Assembly (NCBI GenBank): GCA_030447245.1
Contig: JAUJPG010000021.1
Coordinates: 16,842 to 80,841 of the forward strand
Reading direction: 5' to 3'
DNA length: 64,000 nucleotides
DNA from: Chloroflexota bacterium
Lineage (GTDB): Bacteria; Chloroflexota; UBA6077; JACCZL01
Shown: one piece after another, positions 10,560-22,255 of the stretch
Position numbering within the stretch: the first letter of the stretch is position 1
Layout of the letters: the number at the start of each line of letters is the position of its first letter
The notes under the pieces: model-generated
Told to the model about the DNA's origin: nothing
Database searches by the model: none
The model's input: the letters and a program-made list of their open reading frames with translations, nothing else
Made by a program: the position numbers and the translations under genes

Positions 10560-11109
10560 CCCGGGTCGCGGAGAGCTGAGTAGACGCTGGTGACTTTTGT
10601 CGAGTCTCGTGCCCGGTCCGAAGGAGAGGCCAGCGATAGCAGAGTCGGCGTGGAGCTCGCCGGAGATCGCGGACGCGCAGCAGGGCACCGTGGAGAGGAT
10701 GCCGGTGGCGTCGGGTCCTGGCGCCCCGCGTGCGCGGGCGGTTGGAGATGGTCAAGGCCGCCAGCCTGAGCCGTGACCTGACGGGGATCCCCCGCTCCAG
10801 CGGGCGTTCGCCGCGGACGATCCGGTTCTGACTCGCTCGCTTCGCCGCGGCGGCCATCACCGGCCGGGTGGATGCGCCCCAGTGTTGGCGCCCGACACGA
10901 GCGGACGCGGCCTCCCGCCCGGCGTCAGAACCGACGGCCGAAACGCCGCCGCGCAAACTCGGCCGCCGTCGAGCAGGTAGTCGTGGTCTCGGGGGCAGCG
11001 AAGATGCCGGTCAGGCTGCCCGAGGCTCCGCGCCCCGTCTGGGCGGACGCCGCTCATACCCTTGTTCGCGTTGCCGGATGAGAGTCCGCGTCTCGGTCCC
11101 CTTCGCGGA

Positions 11110-12543
11110 TCACCCCGCCACGGGCGGCTTGCGATCGAACCATCGACGCGCCGCTTCGAGTTGGCCGCCGAGTCGGAACAGGGTTGCTTCGTCGGCGAAG
11201 GGAGCGACGAGCTGAACCGCGATCGGGAAGCCTGCCGCGGAGCGGCCGATCGGCAGCATGACCGCCGGTTGTCCGGTGATGTTGAACCACACGGTGAACG
11301 GCGAAAACGTGAACACGCGCCGCCAGTACTCGTGCACGTCCTCCATCATCATGTCGATCCAGCCGAGCCGCGGCGGCAGTGTTCCGAGGCCCGGCGTGAG
11401 CAGCACGTCCCAGTTCGCGTGAAACGCGGCCATCTGGCGGCCGAGTCGATGCGCCGTCTGCGTGGCCCGCACGTAGTCGGAGGCCGTGACCTGTTCGCCG
11501 AGCTTCCCGGTCGCGTAGGTGACGTTCTCGACCTCGCCGGGGTGAGGCGGCCGTCCCTTCGTCGGATGGCTGCCGAGGTTCACGACCGTGTTGACGGATG
11601 CCAGGGTCAGGAACGTCGGGACCACCTGATCGCCGTCGACGGCGGGATCCACTTCCTCAACCTGGTGGCCGAGATCCATGCAAAGCCGCGCGGTCTCGTG
11701 CAAGGTCTCGAGATAGTCCGGCGCGACCGGCGCGCCGTTCGGCGCCTTCGTCGTGAACGCGATGCGGAGCCGGCCGGGATCGGTACCGACCTCGGCGAGG
11801 AACGGGCGCGCGGGAGGCGCTACGCCGTAGGGATCCCCAGGTCCGGGGCCCGCCGTCGCGTCGAGCAGCGCCGCGGTGTCGCGGATCGACAGCGTGACGG
11901 CGTGCTCGGTGGAGAGCCCGCCGAGACCTTCGCCCGCGTACGGCGCTTGGGTGTTGCGGGCGCGCGTCGGCTTCAGACCGACAAGCCCGCAGCACGCGGC
12001 CGGCGCGCGGATCGAGCCGAAGCCGTCGGACGCATGGGCCATCGGCACCACGCGCGCGCCGACGGCCGCGGCGGCGCCGCCGGATGAACCGCCGGAGATT
12101 CGCTGCGTGTCCCACGGGCTCCGCGTCGGACCGTAGAGCTGTGGCTCACAGGTCAGGGAAAGCCCCAGCTCGCACGAGTTCGTCCGGCCGAAGATCACGA
12201 GGCCCGCCGCCTTCAACCGATTGACGTGCTCGCTGTCCGCCGTGACTGGCGGTGTGTCCGCGAAGAAGCGGGAGCCGCGCGTGACGCGATCGCCTGCGAG
12301 CCAGCCGCCGAGGTCCTTCAAGAGATAGGGCACGCCTCGGAACGGACCGTCCGGGAGCCCCGACGCAATCGCCTGCCGTCCATGATCGTAGAGACGGGAG
12401 ATGACCGCGTTGACGGCGCCGTTGCGCGCCTCGACGCGCTCGATGGCCGCCTCGAGCAGCTCTTCCGGCGTGACCTCGCCCTGGCGCACGAGCCCAGCCA
12501 GCCCAAGTCCATCGTAGGTCTCGTACTCTGCGAAGCCTTTCAC
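11110..12543 (-). CDS. Amidase (amidase-signature family)
   Basis: 477 aa. GTG start with GGGAGGG 5-6 nt upstream. It contains the AS-family Gly/Ser-rich signature ISGGSSGGAAAAVGA. Confidence 0.85.
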   Translation of the reverse strand: MKGFAEYETYDGLGLAGLVRQGEVTPEELLEAAIERVEARNGAVNAVISRLYDHGRQAIASGLPDGPFRGVPYLLKDLGGWLAGDRVTRGSRFFADTPPVTADSEHVNRLKAAGLVIFGRTNSCELGLSLTCEPQLYGPTRSPWDTQRISGGSSGGAAAAVGARVVPMAHASDGFGSIRAPAACCGLVGLKPTRARNTQAPYAGEGLGGLSTEHAVTLSIRDTAALLDATAGPGPGDPYGVAPPARPFLAEVGTDPGRLRIAFTTKAPNGAPVAPDYLETLHETARLCMDLGHQVEEVDPAVDGDQVVPTFLTLASVNTVVNLGSHPTKGRPPHPGEVENVTYATGKLGEQVTASDYVRATQTAHRLGRQMAAFHANWDVLLTPGLGTLPPRLGWIDMMMEDVHEYWRRVFTFSPFTVWFNITGQPAVMLPIGRSAAGFPIAVQLVAPFADEATLFRLGGQLEAARRWFDRKPPVAG

Positions 12544-12710
12544 CGTCGCCCTCCCTGCTGGACGCTCGCCGCCCGATCATAGCCATGTCCGATGCGCCGG
12601 CCCAGTCCAGCGCGGCACGCCGGAGCGCCCCGGCGCGGGCCGCCCGTCGTGGAGTCAGCCGCCGACTGCTCGGGAAGGCTCGCGCCCACGGTCCCTCACG
12701 CGCCGAGCGC

Positions 12711-13760
12711 TCAGTAGCCTCGTTCCCAGTCGACCCGGTTCAGGAGCGGCCGACCGTCAAGGCAACGGCGCAGGTTCTCGCGGAAGATCTCCAGCGGCCC
12801 CGTGGTGGGGTGCTCGGTCTGGCCCGACGTGTGGGGCGTCAGGATCACATTGTCGAAGCCGAGCAGCTCGGCCGGGGGCTGGTGGTCGAATTCACCATCG
12901 TACACGTCGGCGGCGAAGCCGCCCAGGTGCCCTGAACGCAGTGCCGCGCCCAGCGCCGCTTCGTTGATCAGCTCGCCGCGCGCGACGTTGATCAGGAAGG
13001 CGCCAGGTTTCATGGCGGCGATCGCGGCCTCGTCCAGCAGATGGTGCGTCTCGGCCGTAAGCTGGGCGGACACCACCACCACGTCGCTCCGGCCGAGCAT
13101 CGCGTGCAGCCCGGCCGGTGGGTAGAGCTGCTCCACGTGCTCGACCGGCTCCGACGACCGTCGCATGCCGATCACAGCCAGGCCCAGCCCACGTGCCAGT
13201 CGGGCGACCTCTCGGCCGATGCCGCCCAGGCCGACGATGCCCATCGTCATACCCGCCACCTGCCGCCCTCGAAAGGCCGCCCGTTCGAGGTGTCCGCTCG
13301 ACCGCTGGGCGAAAGCACGTGGGAACTCCTTGGAGAGCGCCAGGGCGGCCGCCAGCGCCCATTCGGCAATCGGCAGGACGCTGCCCGCGCCGCGCCCACT
13401 GGTGACTGGGACGATGCTCTGCCACAGATCGCCGCGCATCAAGTTGGATACACCGGCCGGAAGCTGGTGCACGAAGCGCAGGCGCGGGGCGCGCGCCACC
13501 AGGCGCGTGGGGAAGGGGAACGTGATGCAGATCACCTCGGCGCTCGACAGCAGGCCGTCGCGGCGCTCACGTTGGTCGGCGCTGTCGACAATCTCCCAGA
13601 ATCGCCGCGGCAGGTACCACTCGACCGTGTGGGCCGGCCAGTCGGCCACCAGCTCGGGACCGAACAGCTCCCACGCGTCTTCGACCCGTAGATGCGGATC
13701 TACCGCCGCGATCTCGGCGACGTGCTCCGGCGACACCGGCGCGATCAGGACCACCTGCAT
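12711..13760 (-). CDS. D-isomer-specific 2-hydroxyacid dehydrogenase (NAD-binding)
   Basis: The track ORF extends to 14114, but the upstream 118 aa are Arg/Trp-rich junk. The ATG at 13760 gives MQVVLIAPVS.... NAD fold GIVGLGGIGREVARLARGLGLAVIG is present, with catalytic-region motifs INVARGELI and LTPHTSG. Confidence 0.85.
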   Translation of the reverse strand: MQVVLIAPVSPEHVAEIAAVDPHLRVEDAWELFGPELVADWPAHTVEWYLPRRFWEIVDSADQRERRDGLLSSAEVICITFPFPTRLVARAPRLRFVHQLPAGVSNLMRGDLWQSIVPVTSGRGAGSVLPIAEWALAAALALSKEFPRAFAQRSSGHLERAAFRGRQVAGMTMGIVGLGGIGREVARLARGLGLAVIGMRRSSEPVEHVEQLYPPAGLHAMLGRSDVVVVSAQLTAETHHLLDEAAIAAMKPGAFLINVARGELINEAALGAALRSGHLGGFAADVYDGEFDHQPPAELLGFDNVILTPHTSGQTEHPTTGPLEIFRENLRRCLDGRPLLNRVDWERGY

Positions 13761-14201
13761 CGTTCGCTCAGTCGTACGCTCGATGACCACGAGGCAGTGG
13801 TGAACGGCCTCGGCCCAGCGGTCCGACGAGGGCCATCGCCGGCGATCCGAGCTCTCTGAGAGGGACCACACCCACCACCCGTTCAGCTCCGCCGTGCCCG
13901 CGCTGAGGCCGACAGCTTCATCATACAGGGGTTCTCGCGGACACCTACCAGCAAGCCAGCCGCCTGCTCTACGCAGAGCCCACCCCCAGGGCGCCGCCCA
14001 CCGCGATTGGCCCGACCGGTCGCGGCCGGCGCTCACCCGGCCGCGATCACATCGAGAGCGACTGGCGAGACTGCCTGACCCGCGCCGTGCCCGCGCCTGT
14101 GTAGTCCGGCACAATGTTCTCTCTTTTCAGCGGGAACGGGCAGCCGACTGCAAGCCCCGGCACGGGTCGTGCAACGCCCCGCCGCCCGGGAGGTAGCATC
14201 A

Positions 14202-16601
<2,400 letters not shown>

Positions 16602-16697
16602 CCCGAACTGGTGGTGGGTGGGTCGTCGGCGTCATACCACGTCTGCACGGCGCCAGAGAGAGACGACACCCCAGCCCGCGGCGAGGAGGTCACATCC

Positions 16698-16799
16698 ATG
16701 AAGAAGCCTCCGGCGCTCTTCGCCGGCGTTGTCCTGCTGCTGTTCCTGCTGATGCTCATTGCGCTCTCGACCAACTTGCTCGCGCGCCTCTTCTCCTGA
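16698..16799 (+). CDS. Small hydrophobic protein, 33 aa, single TM helix
   Basis: The ATG is preceded by GAGGAGG 7 nt upstream. Sequence: MKKPPALFAGVVLLLFLLMLIALSTNLLARLFS. G/C-ending codons match the neighbours. Confidence 0.55.
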   Translation: MKKPPALFAGVVLLLFLLMLIALSTNLLARLFS

Positions 16800-16807
16800 C
16801 CTGTGTC

Positions 16808-16828
16808 GGGGCGGCAGGCGACCGCCCC
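16808..16828 (+). terminator. GC hairpin downstream of the small ORF (no U-tract)
   Basis: GGGGCGG-caggcga-CCGCCCC lies 9 nt after the stop, in a convergent intergenic region. Confidence 0.3.
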
Positions 16829-16914
16829 TACACCGCCTCGACTCAGGGCGACGGGTCATGGGGCGACGCTCTCCGACCGCGAGCGCTTTTGACCGCGGCA
16901 GCGGCTCGCCGCGA

Positions 16915-17628
16915 TCAGCCGAGCAGGTGAGGGAGAAAGCAGCGCCGGATCTCGGACGCACCGATCAGGCTTGGCTCGATCGTCCGGGTAAGCCACGCGG
17001 GCGTGCCGGTCAGAAAGTGGGCGTGCAGGTCGACCAGTGCGCCATAGCGGGTCGCGGCGTCGGCGAGCGCGGCGTTGACCCGACGGTGGTTCGCGCGCGC
17101 GATCGACGGGTCGACGCCGAGAAAGTTGTTGGCGTCATTGCCGAACGATGGATCGTAGACATTACCTACCAGGACCGGACGAATCGGCAGGCGTCCCAGA
17201 AAGTCGTCGAGGGCCTGCGCGAAGCGATCCAGGCCCGGCCCGCGGTCCGTCGCCAGCCCGACGATCAGGTCGTTGCCCCCGATGGTGAGCAGGGCGACCG
17301 CGTGCCCTTCCACCGCCAGGCTCTGGGCCTGTGATGGTAGGCTCTGGATCGTCGCGCCGTCGCGCGCTCGGTGCTCCAGACGGGTCGGCCCGCGTGCAGT
17401 GAGATCCTGACCTTGGAACTCCGGGAACAGTCGATCGTCGTTGCGCACCAGAAGCTGCCCTGGCGTCACCCCGAGATCGTTGTAGCGGCCACAGTCCAGA
17501 ATCGAGTCGCCGAAGGTAACAACGAGCATGTCTCTGTCGCGGTTGACGGTGCGGCACGCCGCACTGCCCCAGACGAGCGCCCCGCCCGCACCAAGGAGCG
17601 TTCGCCGAGTGAGCCGTCGCGCCGACAT
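16915..17628 (-). CDS. Secreted SGNH/GDSL hydrolase with twin-arginine signal
   Basis: N-terminus MSARRLTRRTLLGAGGALVWGSAAC. Block I reads VVTFGDSILDCG. The length is typical of the family. Confidence 0.8.
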   Translation of the reverse strand: MSARRLTRRTLLGAGGALVWGSAACRTVNRDRDMLVVTFGDSILDCGRYNDLGVTPGQLLVRNDDRLFPEFQGQDLTARGPTRLEHRARDGATIQSLPSQAQSLAVEGHAVALLTIGGNDLIVGLATDRGPGLDRFAQALDDFLGRLPIRPVLVGNVYDPSFGNDANNFLGVDPSIARANHRRVNAALADAATRYGALVDLHAHFLTGTPAWLTRTIEPSLIGASEIRRCFLPHLLG

Positions 17629-17812
17629 GCTGTTCTCTCGAGGCTAGTCAGCGGGCTGCCCATCCAGTACAGCTACGGCACGACGAAGGACATCGGCCAG
17701 GGGTATCCACATGATATCAGCGTGTACTCGCCCGCCGCTCCCCACGCGCAGGCCGTACCTGTTCGATGAGCGTACCACCTACCTGGCGATGGGCTGACCC
17801 AGATTGCTCACC

Positions 17813-18691
17813 TCAGCCGAGTAGCGCCTCCGCCAGCTCGCGCCACTCGCGGCGCGGCAGGCCCGCCGGGTCGGACGGCAGCACCTGGACGCAGACGTGA
17901 TCCGCGCCGACGTCGAGATGGGCCCGCACGCGGGCGACGACGTCGTCCAGGCTGCCCCAGCCGACAATCGCGTCGACGAGTCGGTCGCTGCCGCCGTTGG
18001 CCAGATCGTCGTCGCCATAGCCGAGGCGGCGGAGATTATTGGTGTAATTCTCCAGTTCAAGATACCGCGCCATGTGGCCGCGGGCGATCTCGCGCGCCGG
18101 CTCAGGGTCGCGCTCCAGCACGATCGCCTGCTCCGGTGCCAGCAGCGGCCCCGGCCCGAGGACCTGGCGCGCCTGCCTGGTGTGCTCGACCGGCACGAAG
18201 TACGGGTGGGCGCCGGCCGCGCGGTCGCGGGACAGCTCGAGCATCTTCGGCCCGAGCGCCGCCAGCACGCGCGGCGCGTCGGCCGCACGCGGCGGCGCGT
18301 ACGGCGCCGCGTCCATGGCGTCCAGGTAGGCGCGCATCGTGGCGAGCGGCGGGCCGTAGGAGTGGCCGCGAATCCCCTCGACCGCGGGTCGGTGGCTGAC
18401 GCCGATCCCGAGCAGGAACCGACCCGGGAACGCCTCGCAGAGCGTCCGCTGGCCGGCCGCCATGGCCACCGCGTCGCGGGCGTAGATGTTGGCGATGCCC
18501 GGGGCGACGGCGATCCGCCGCGTGGCGCTCAGGAGCAGCCCCGCCTGGGCGAACGCCTCGCGCCCGCGCGACTCGGGAAACCAGAGGGCACCATAGCCCA
18601 GATCGTCAAGCTCGGCCGCCGCCTCGGCGACGGCATTCCATGGCTGCAGCTCGAGCTGAAAGGTCCAGATGCCGATCCGACCGATGTCCAC
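17813..18691 (-). CDS. LLM-class (luciferase-like) F420-dependent oxidoreductase
   Basis: The track ORF extends to 18757. GTG at 18691 has GGAGG 6 nt upstream and gives (M)DIGRIGIWTFQLE, a typical N-terminus for this family. The rest is a TIM-barrel LLM pattern (GYGALWFPES..GIGVSH). Confidence 0.8.
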   Translation of the reverse strand: MDIGRIGIWTFQLELQPWNAVAEAAAELDDLGYGALWFPESRGREAFAQAGLLLSATRRIAVAPGIANIYARDAVAMAAGQRTLCEAFPGRFLLGIGVSHRPAVEGIRGHSYGPPLATMRAYLDAMDAAPYAPPRAADAPRVLAALGPKMLELSRDRAAGAHPYFVPVEHTRQARQVLGPGPLLAPEQAIVLERDPEPAREIARGHMARYLELENYTNNLRRLGYGDDDLANGGSDRLVDAIVGWGSLDDVVARVRAHLDVGADHVCVQVLPSDPAGLPRREWRELAEALLG

Positions 18692-19041
18692 GCTCGCCTC
18701 CACTGATTCCAGGCGTTTCACGACATGCCCACCAGGCATGCTCCGTGACGATCTCAACGAACGCGGCCGCGGGATCCTATATTCCGGCCGACACTAGCCC
18801 CCAGCTCCTCAGGGCCACCAGGTGACCATGTCAACCCGAGTGCGGGCGAGCTGCGCCGAGGCGCTGGAGGCGACAGACCCACTGGTGGGCGCGGGCGAGC
18901 TGGAGAGGGCCAGGGGAGTTCTCGGCAGTATCAGCATGCCGCGCTCCAGCCACCACGATCTCAGACCGCTGTAGGACGACAAAATGCCGCGGCCTTGCCT
19001 GAACCTGACCTCGACCGAGAGGCCACCTCGACGACCGCGCC

Positions 19042-20214
19042 TCAGGGCTGGTCATCGTCGGGGCGCGGGCGGGAGACCCAGAGGACGAGGACCGCGGCGG
19101 CGGCGAAGATCGGGATTCCGAGCCCGAGCGCCGAATAGCCGCCGGTCGCCAGCAGGAGCCCGCCGACCGCGCCGCCGACGGCCGTGCCGAGGCTGTTCGC
19201 CGACTGGTTCGCCGTCATCGTCGTCGCGCGGCCGGCCGGCGACTCGGGAATCAAGAGCGTCATGGCGGCCGCCTCGACCAACCCCAGCAGCCTCGTTCCT
19301 CCAGCGGCGAGCCCGATCGCCACGATCGGTCCGAACGGCGCGACCAGCGCCGCGGTGAACCCCAGCGCGGCGAGCGGCATCAGGCCGCCGATCAACGGCC
19401 GGAGCGGAAGCGTCCCCAGGCGACGCCCGGCCAGCAGGCTGCCCAGGAAGTGGCCGGACCCGAGCGCGGTGTACCCGAAGCCGGCCTGTTGACTGCTCAG
19501 CCCGTACTGCTCGATCAGAAACGCTCCCAGGTAGGTGGTCAGGATCCAGATGAAGGTGCTCCGCAGGAACGCCGCACCGATCACGCCGAGCGTGGGGCGG
19601 TGACGAATGAGCGGACCGTAGGCGCCGAGCAGGGTCGAGGACGCCGCCCGGCCCTCGGACTCGCCACCCGCCGGGAGCAGGCGCGTTGCGAGGAGCAGGG
19701 TCAGCAGCGCCACGGCCCCGAGTGCACCGAAGGCCGCGCGCCAGGTGTCGGCGAGCGCTGCAACCGTGGTCAGGGCAGGAATGCCGACGATCGCGGAGCC
19801 GGACAGCGCCGCCACGACGTAGCTCATCGCGCGCATCCGGGCCGCGCCCGAGAACTGGCCGCCGACGATCGCGAGCGCGACGGGCGCGACGACCGCCCGT
19901 CCGAGGGCGCCGAAGATCGCCGCCAGCAGCAGGAGCTCGAAGGTTGGCGCCAGTCCGGTCGCGAGCGCGCCGACGGCAGTGGCGGCCGTTCCGGCGAGCA
20001 GCATCAGGCGGTTGCCGAAGCGATCGGCGATCGGTCCCATTGCGAGGCCGAGCACGGCCGCCGTGGCGTTCAACAACGCCGGGACCTGGCCGAGGAGCGC
20101 GACGCTGGTGCCCAGCTCGCTCGCCACCTGGGGGAAGAACGGCCCCAGCGCGTACGAGTTCAGGACCGCGATGAACGCCGCCGGGCAAACCGCCAGCAGA
20201 ATCAGGCTGCTCAT
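19042..20214 (-). CDS. MFS transporter
   Basis: 390 aa with about 12 hydrophobic segments. MFS-like loop GPIADRFGNRL is present. Confidence 0.85.
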   Translation of the reverse strand: MSSLILLAVCPAAFIAVLNSYALGPFFPQVASELGTSVALLGQVPALLNATAAVLGLAMGPIADRFGNRLMLLAGTAATAVGALATGLAPTFELLLLAAIFGALGRAVVAPVALAIVGGQFSGAARMRAMSYVVAALSGSAIVGIPALTTVAALADTWRAAFGALGAVALLTLLLATRLLPAGGESEGRAASSTLLGAYGPLIRHRPTLGVIGAAFLRSTFIWILTTYLGAFLIEQYGLSSQQAGFGYTALGSGHFLGSLLAGRRLGTLPLRPLIGGLMPLAALGFTAALVAPFGPIVAIGLAAGGTRLLGLVEAAAMTLLIPESPAGRATTMTANQSANSLGTAVGGAVGGLLLATGGYSALGLGIPIFAAAAVLVLWVSRPRPDDDQP

Positions 20215-20866
20215 GCTACGCCCGCGCAGGCGCTCGTCCCGGCTCCCGCGCGCGCGCTATCGGCCCCGCAAAGGGCCGCGGTCCAGGGTATTCAGCTCGG
20301 CGGCAGTCCGGCGCGCCGCTGCGCCCGTCACCGAAGCACCCGTACTCGTCGGCATGTCTGCCCAGATTCCGCTCATCCACCGGACATCTCCCACGGTCAG
20401 GACCGCGCCTGGGTGCAGCCCTGTGAGCGTGGGAAACCGGAGATGGCGTACATGAATCGATGCCCCGAGCGCGCGAAGACGTCGATCGAAGGAGGGGGCG
20501 CGCACCACGTCACCACCCCCACGGTAGACGCCGAGACACCTACGTGCGAGGCATCATCTCGCGCTGCGCCCCTCGCACCGCGATATGCGGGGCGCGCACG
20601 CCATCCTGGAACCGCCGCGTCACCTGGCATCCTGGCGGACACCTCAGCCTGGGTCGAGCAGCGACTGGCTAGCAATCACGTGCGATCCGTGGTACCCTGC
20701 GTGCCGATATCCTGTCGCGCGAATCGGACTGCCACGATGCACCTCACCGGGTGGCACGGGAGGACGCGCAGCGATCCCGGAGCCTTCCCATCGAGGTCAT
20801 CGGAACGAGATCGGGTGCCCGTGAGCGACGGCGCCGTCGCTCGTTCCCGCGGATGGGAGGGTGGCC

Positions 20867-21367
20867 ATGTTTGAGCTCAAGCTGCTGTCGAGCGAGAGCG
20901 TCCCCGGGGCGCTCGCGAAGGCGGAACGCTACCGCCTGCTCAACCAGCCCTGGGAGGCCGAATGCATCTATAACGATGTGCTTCAGGTTGACCCGGACAA
21001 CCAGGACGCGGCAGTCGGCCTGCTGCTGGCGATCACGGACCAGTTCGAGGACGGGTTGCGGGACAGCATGCAGAAGGCCCGGGCAGTCTTGCCGCGCATT
21101 CGCGACGAGTATCAGAGGACGTACCACGCCGGAATCATCTGCGAGCGGCGGGCCAAGACGATCCTGCACCAGGCCAGGCCCGGTTCAGGCGTGATGGCCT
21201 ACGAGCTGCTGCGCGAGGCGAAGGGCTGGTACGAGCGGGCCGAAGCGCTCCGCCCGGCCGGCAACGATGACGTGCTGCTACGCTGGAACGCCTGCGCGCG
21301 TCTCCTGATGAGCCATCCCCAGGCGCTCGCGGCGGCCGCTGAGAGCTTCGTGCCGTATTCGGACTGA
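20867..21367 (+). CDS. Hypothetical helical (TPR-like) protein upstream of the sdh operon
   Basis: Track ORF 20861-21367. The ATG at 20867 has GGGAGG 6 nt upstream (MFELKLLSSESVPGALAKAERYRLL...). Codon bias is coding-like. No family was recognised. Confidence 0.6.
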   Translation: MFELKLLSSESVPGALAKAERYRLLNQPWEAECIYNDVLQVDPDNQDAAVGLLLAITDQFEDGLRDSMQKARAVLPRIRDEYQRTYHAGIICERRAKTILHQARPGSGVMAYELLREAKGWYERAEALRPAGNDDVLLRWNACARLLMSHPQALAAAAESFVPYSD

Positions 21368-21469
21368 CGAGCGGCAGATGGACGCCGGCGTGACCTTGCT
21401 CGAGCGCCGGGACCATCTCGACGAGAAGGTGCGCGGGACCACCAGCTGAACACTCGCGGAGGGACAACG

Positions 21470-22255
21470 ATGACCGCGGTGCCCCAGGAGATCAGAGCAG
21501 AGCCGCTTCCGATGGCTGCCGAGTCCAGGCGTCGCGACGCCTGGTGGGCCGAGCCGCTCGCGGTGGTCGTGGTCCTGACGAGCTTCGGCCTGTACGCGCT
21601 GTGGGCGGCGCTGCAGAACGGGAACTACTACGCCGCGCCGTACCTGTCGCCGTTCTACTCGCCCTGCATCTCGGTCAACTGCGTGCACGTCACCCTCCCC
21701 CTCATCGGCTCCTGGTGGACTCTGTCGCCGGCCTTGCTCATCCTGGGGATCCCGCTCGGCTTCCGGGTGACCTGCTACTACTACCGCAAGGCCTACTACC
21801 GGGCCTTTTTCTGGTCGCCGCCAGCCTGCGCCATCCCGGACGCGCGCCGGGGCTACTCCGGCGAGACGCGCTTCCCGTTCGTCCTCCAGAACTCCCACCG
21901 CTACTTCTTTTGGCTCTCGCTGGTGGTGCTGGCCTTTCTCTGGTGGGATGCGCTGCTGGCGTTCCGCTTTCCAACGGGCGTCGGCATCGGCCTGGGCACG
22001 GTCGTGCTCGTTGTGAACGCGACGTTGCTCACGCTGTACTCGTTGTCGTGCCATTCCTGCCGCTACCTGTGCGGCGGCTACCTCGACTCCTTCAAGGACG
22101 CGCCCATCCGCTACCGCCTGTGGCGGTGGACGAACCGCCTGAACGCGCGCCACCCCCACTTTGCCTGGATCAGCCTGTTCGGGGTGGCGCTGGCCGACCT
22201 GTACGTTCGGCTGGTCGCGATGGGCGTGATCACGGACCCCAGGATCGTGTTCTGA
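21470..22255 (+). CDS. Succinate dehydrogenase/fumarate reductase membrane-anchor subunit (assigned by position and topology)
   Basis: 261 aa with about 5-6 hydrophobic helices. Its stop overlaps the sdhA start (TGATG). The order anchor-flavoprotein-FeS resembles actinobacterial Sdh1-type operons. Confidence 0.65.
   Translation: MTAVPQEIRAEPLPMAAESRRRDAWWAEPLAVVVVLTSFGLYALWAALQNGNYYAAPYLSPFYSPCISVNCVHVTLPLIGSWWTLSPALLILGIPLGFRVTCYYYRKAYYRAFFWSPPACAIPDARRGYSGETRFPFVLQNSHRYFFWLSLVVLAFLWWDALLAFRFPTGVGIGLGTVVLVVNATLLTLYSLSCHSCRYLCGGYLDSFKDAPIRYRLWRWTNRLNARHPHFAWISLFGVALADLYVRLVAMGVITDPRIVF

Noticed and set aside
10560-11109. 550-bp gap after the amidohydrolase-like gene with several 60-160-aa ORFs
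   Set aside because: No ORF has convincing composition, SD or motif, and no RNA-gene signature was recognised. The region is left unannotated.
11062-12087. 341-aa plus-strand ORF opposite the amidase
   Set aside because: Its composition is Arg/Gly/Asp-rich nonsense, and the minus-strand amidase carries the family signature.
19052-20874. 378-aa minus and 474-aa plus ORFs overlapping the MFS gene
   Set aside because: These are alternative or antisense frames with Arg/Pro-rich composition. The MFS frame gives 12 clean hydrophobic segments.
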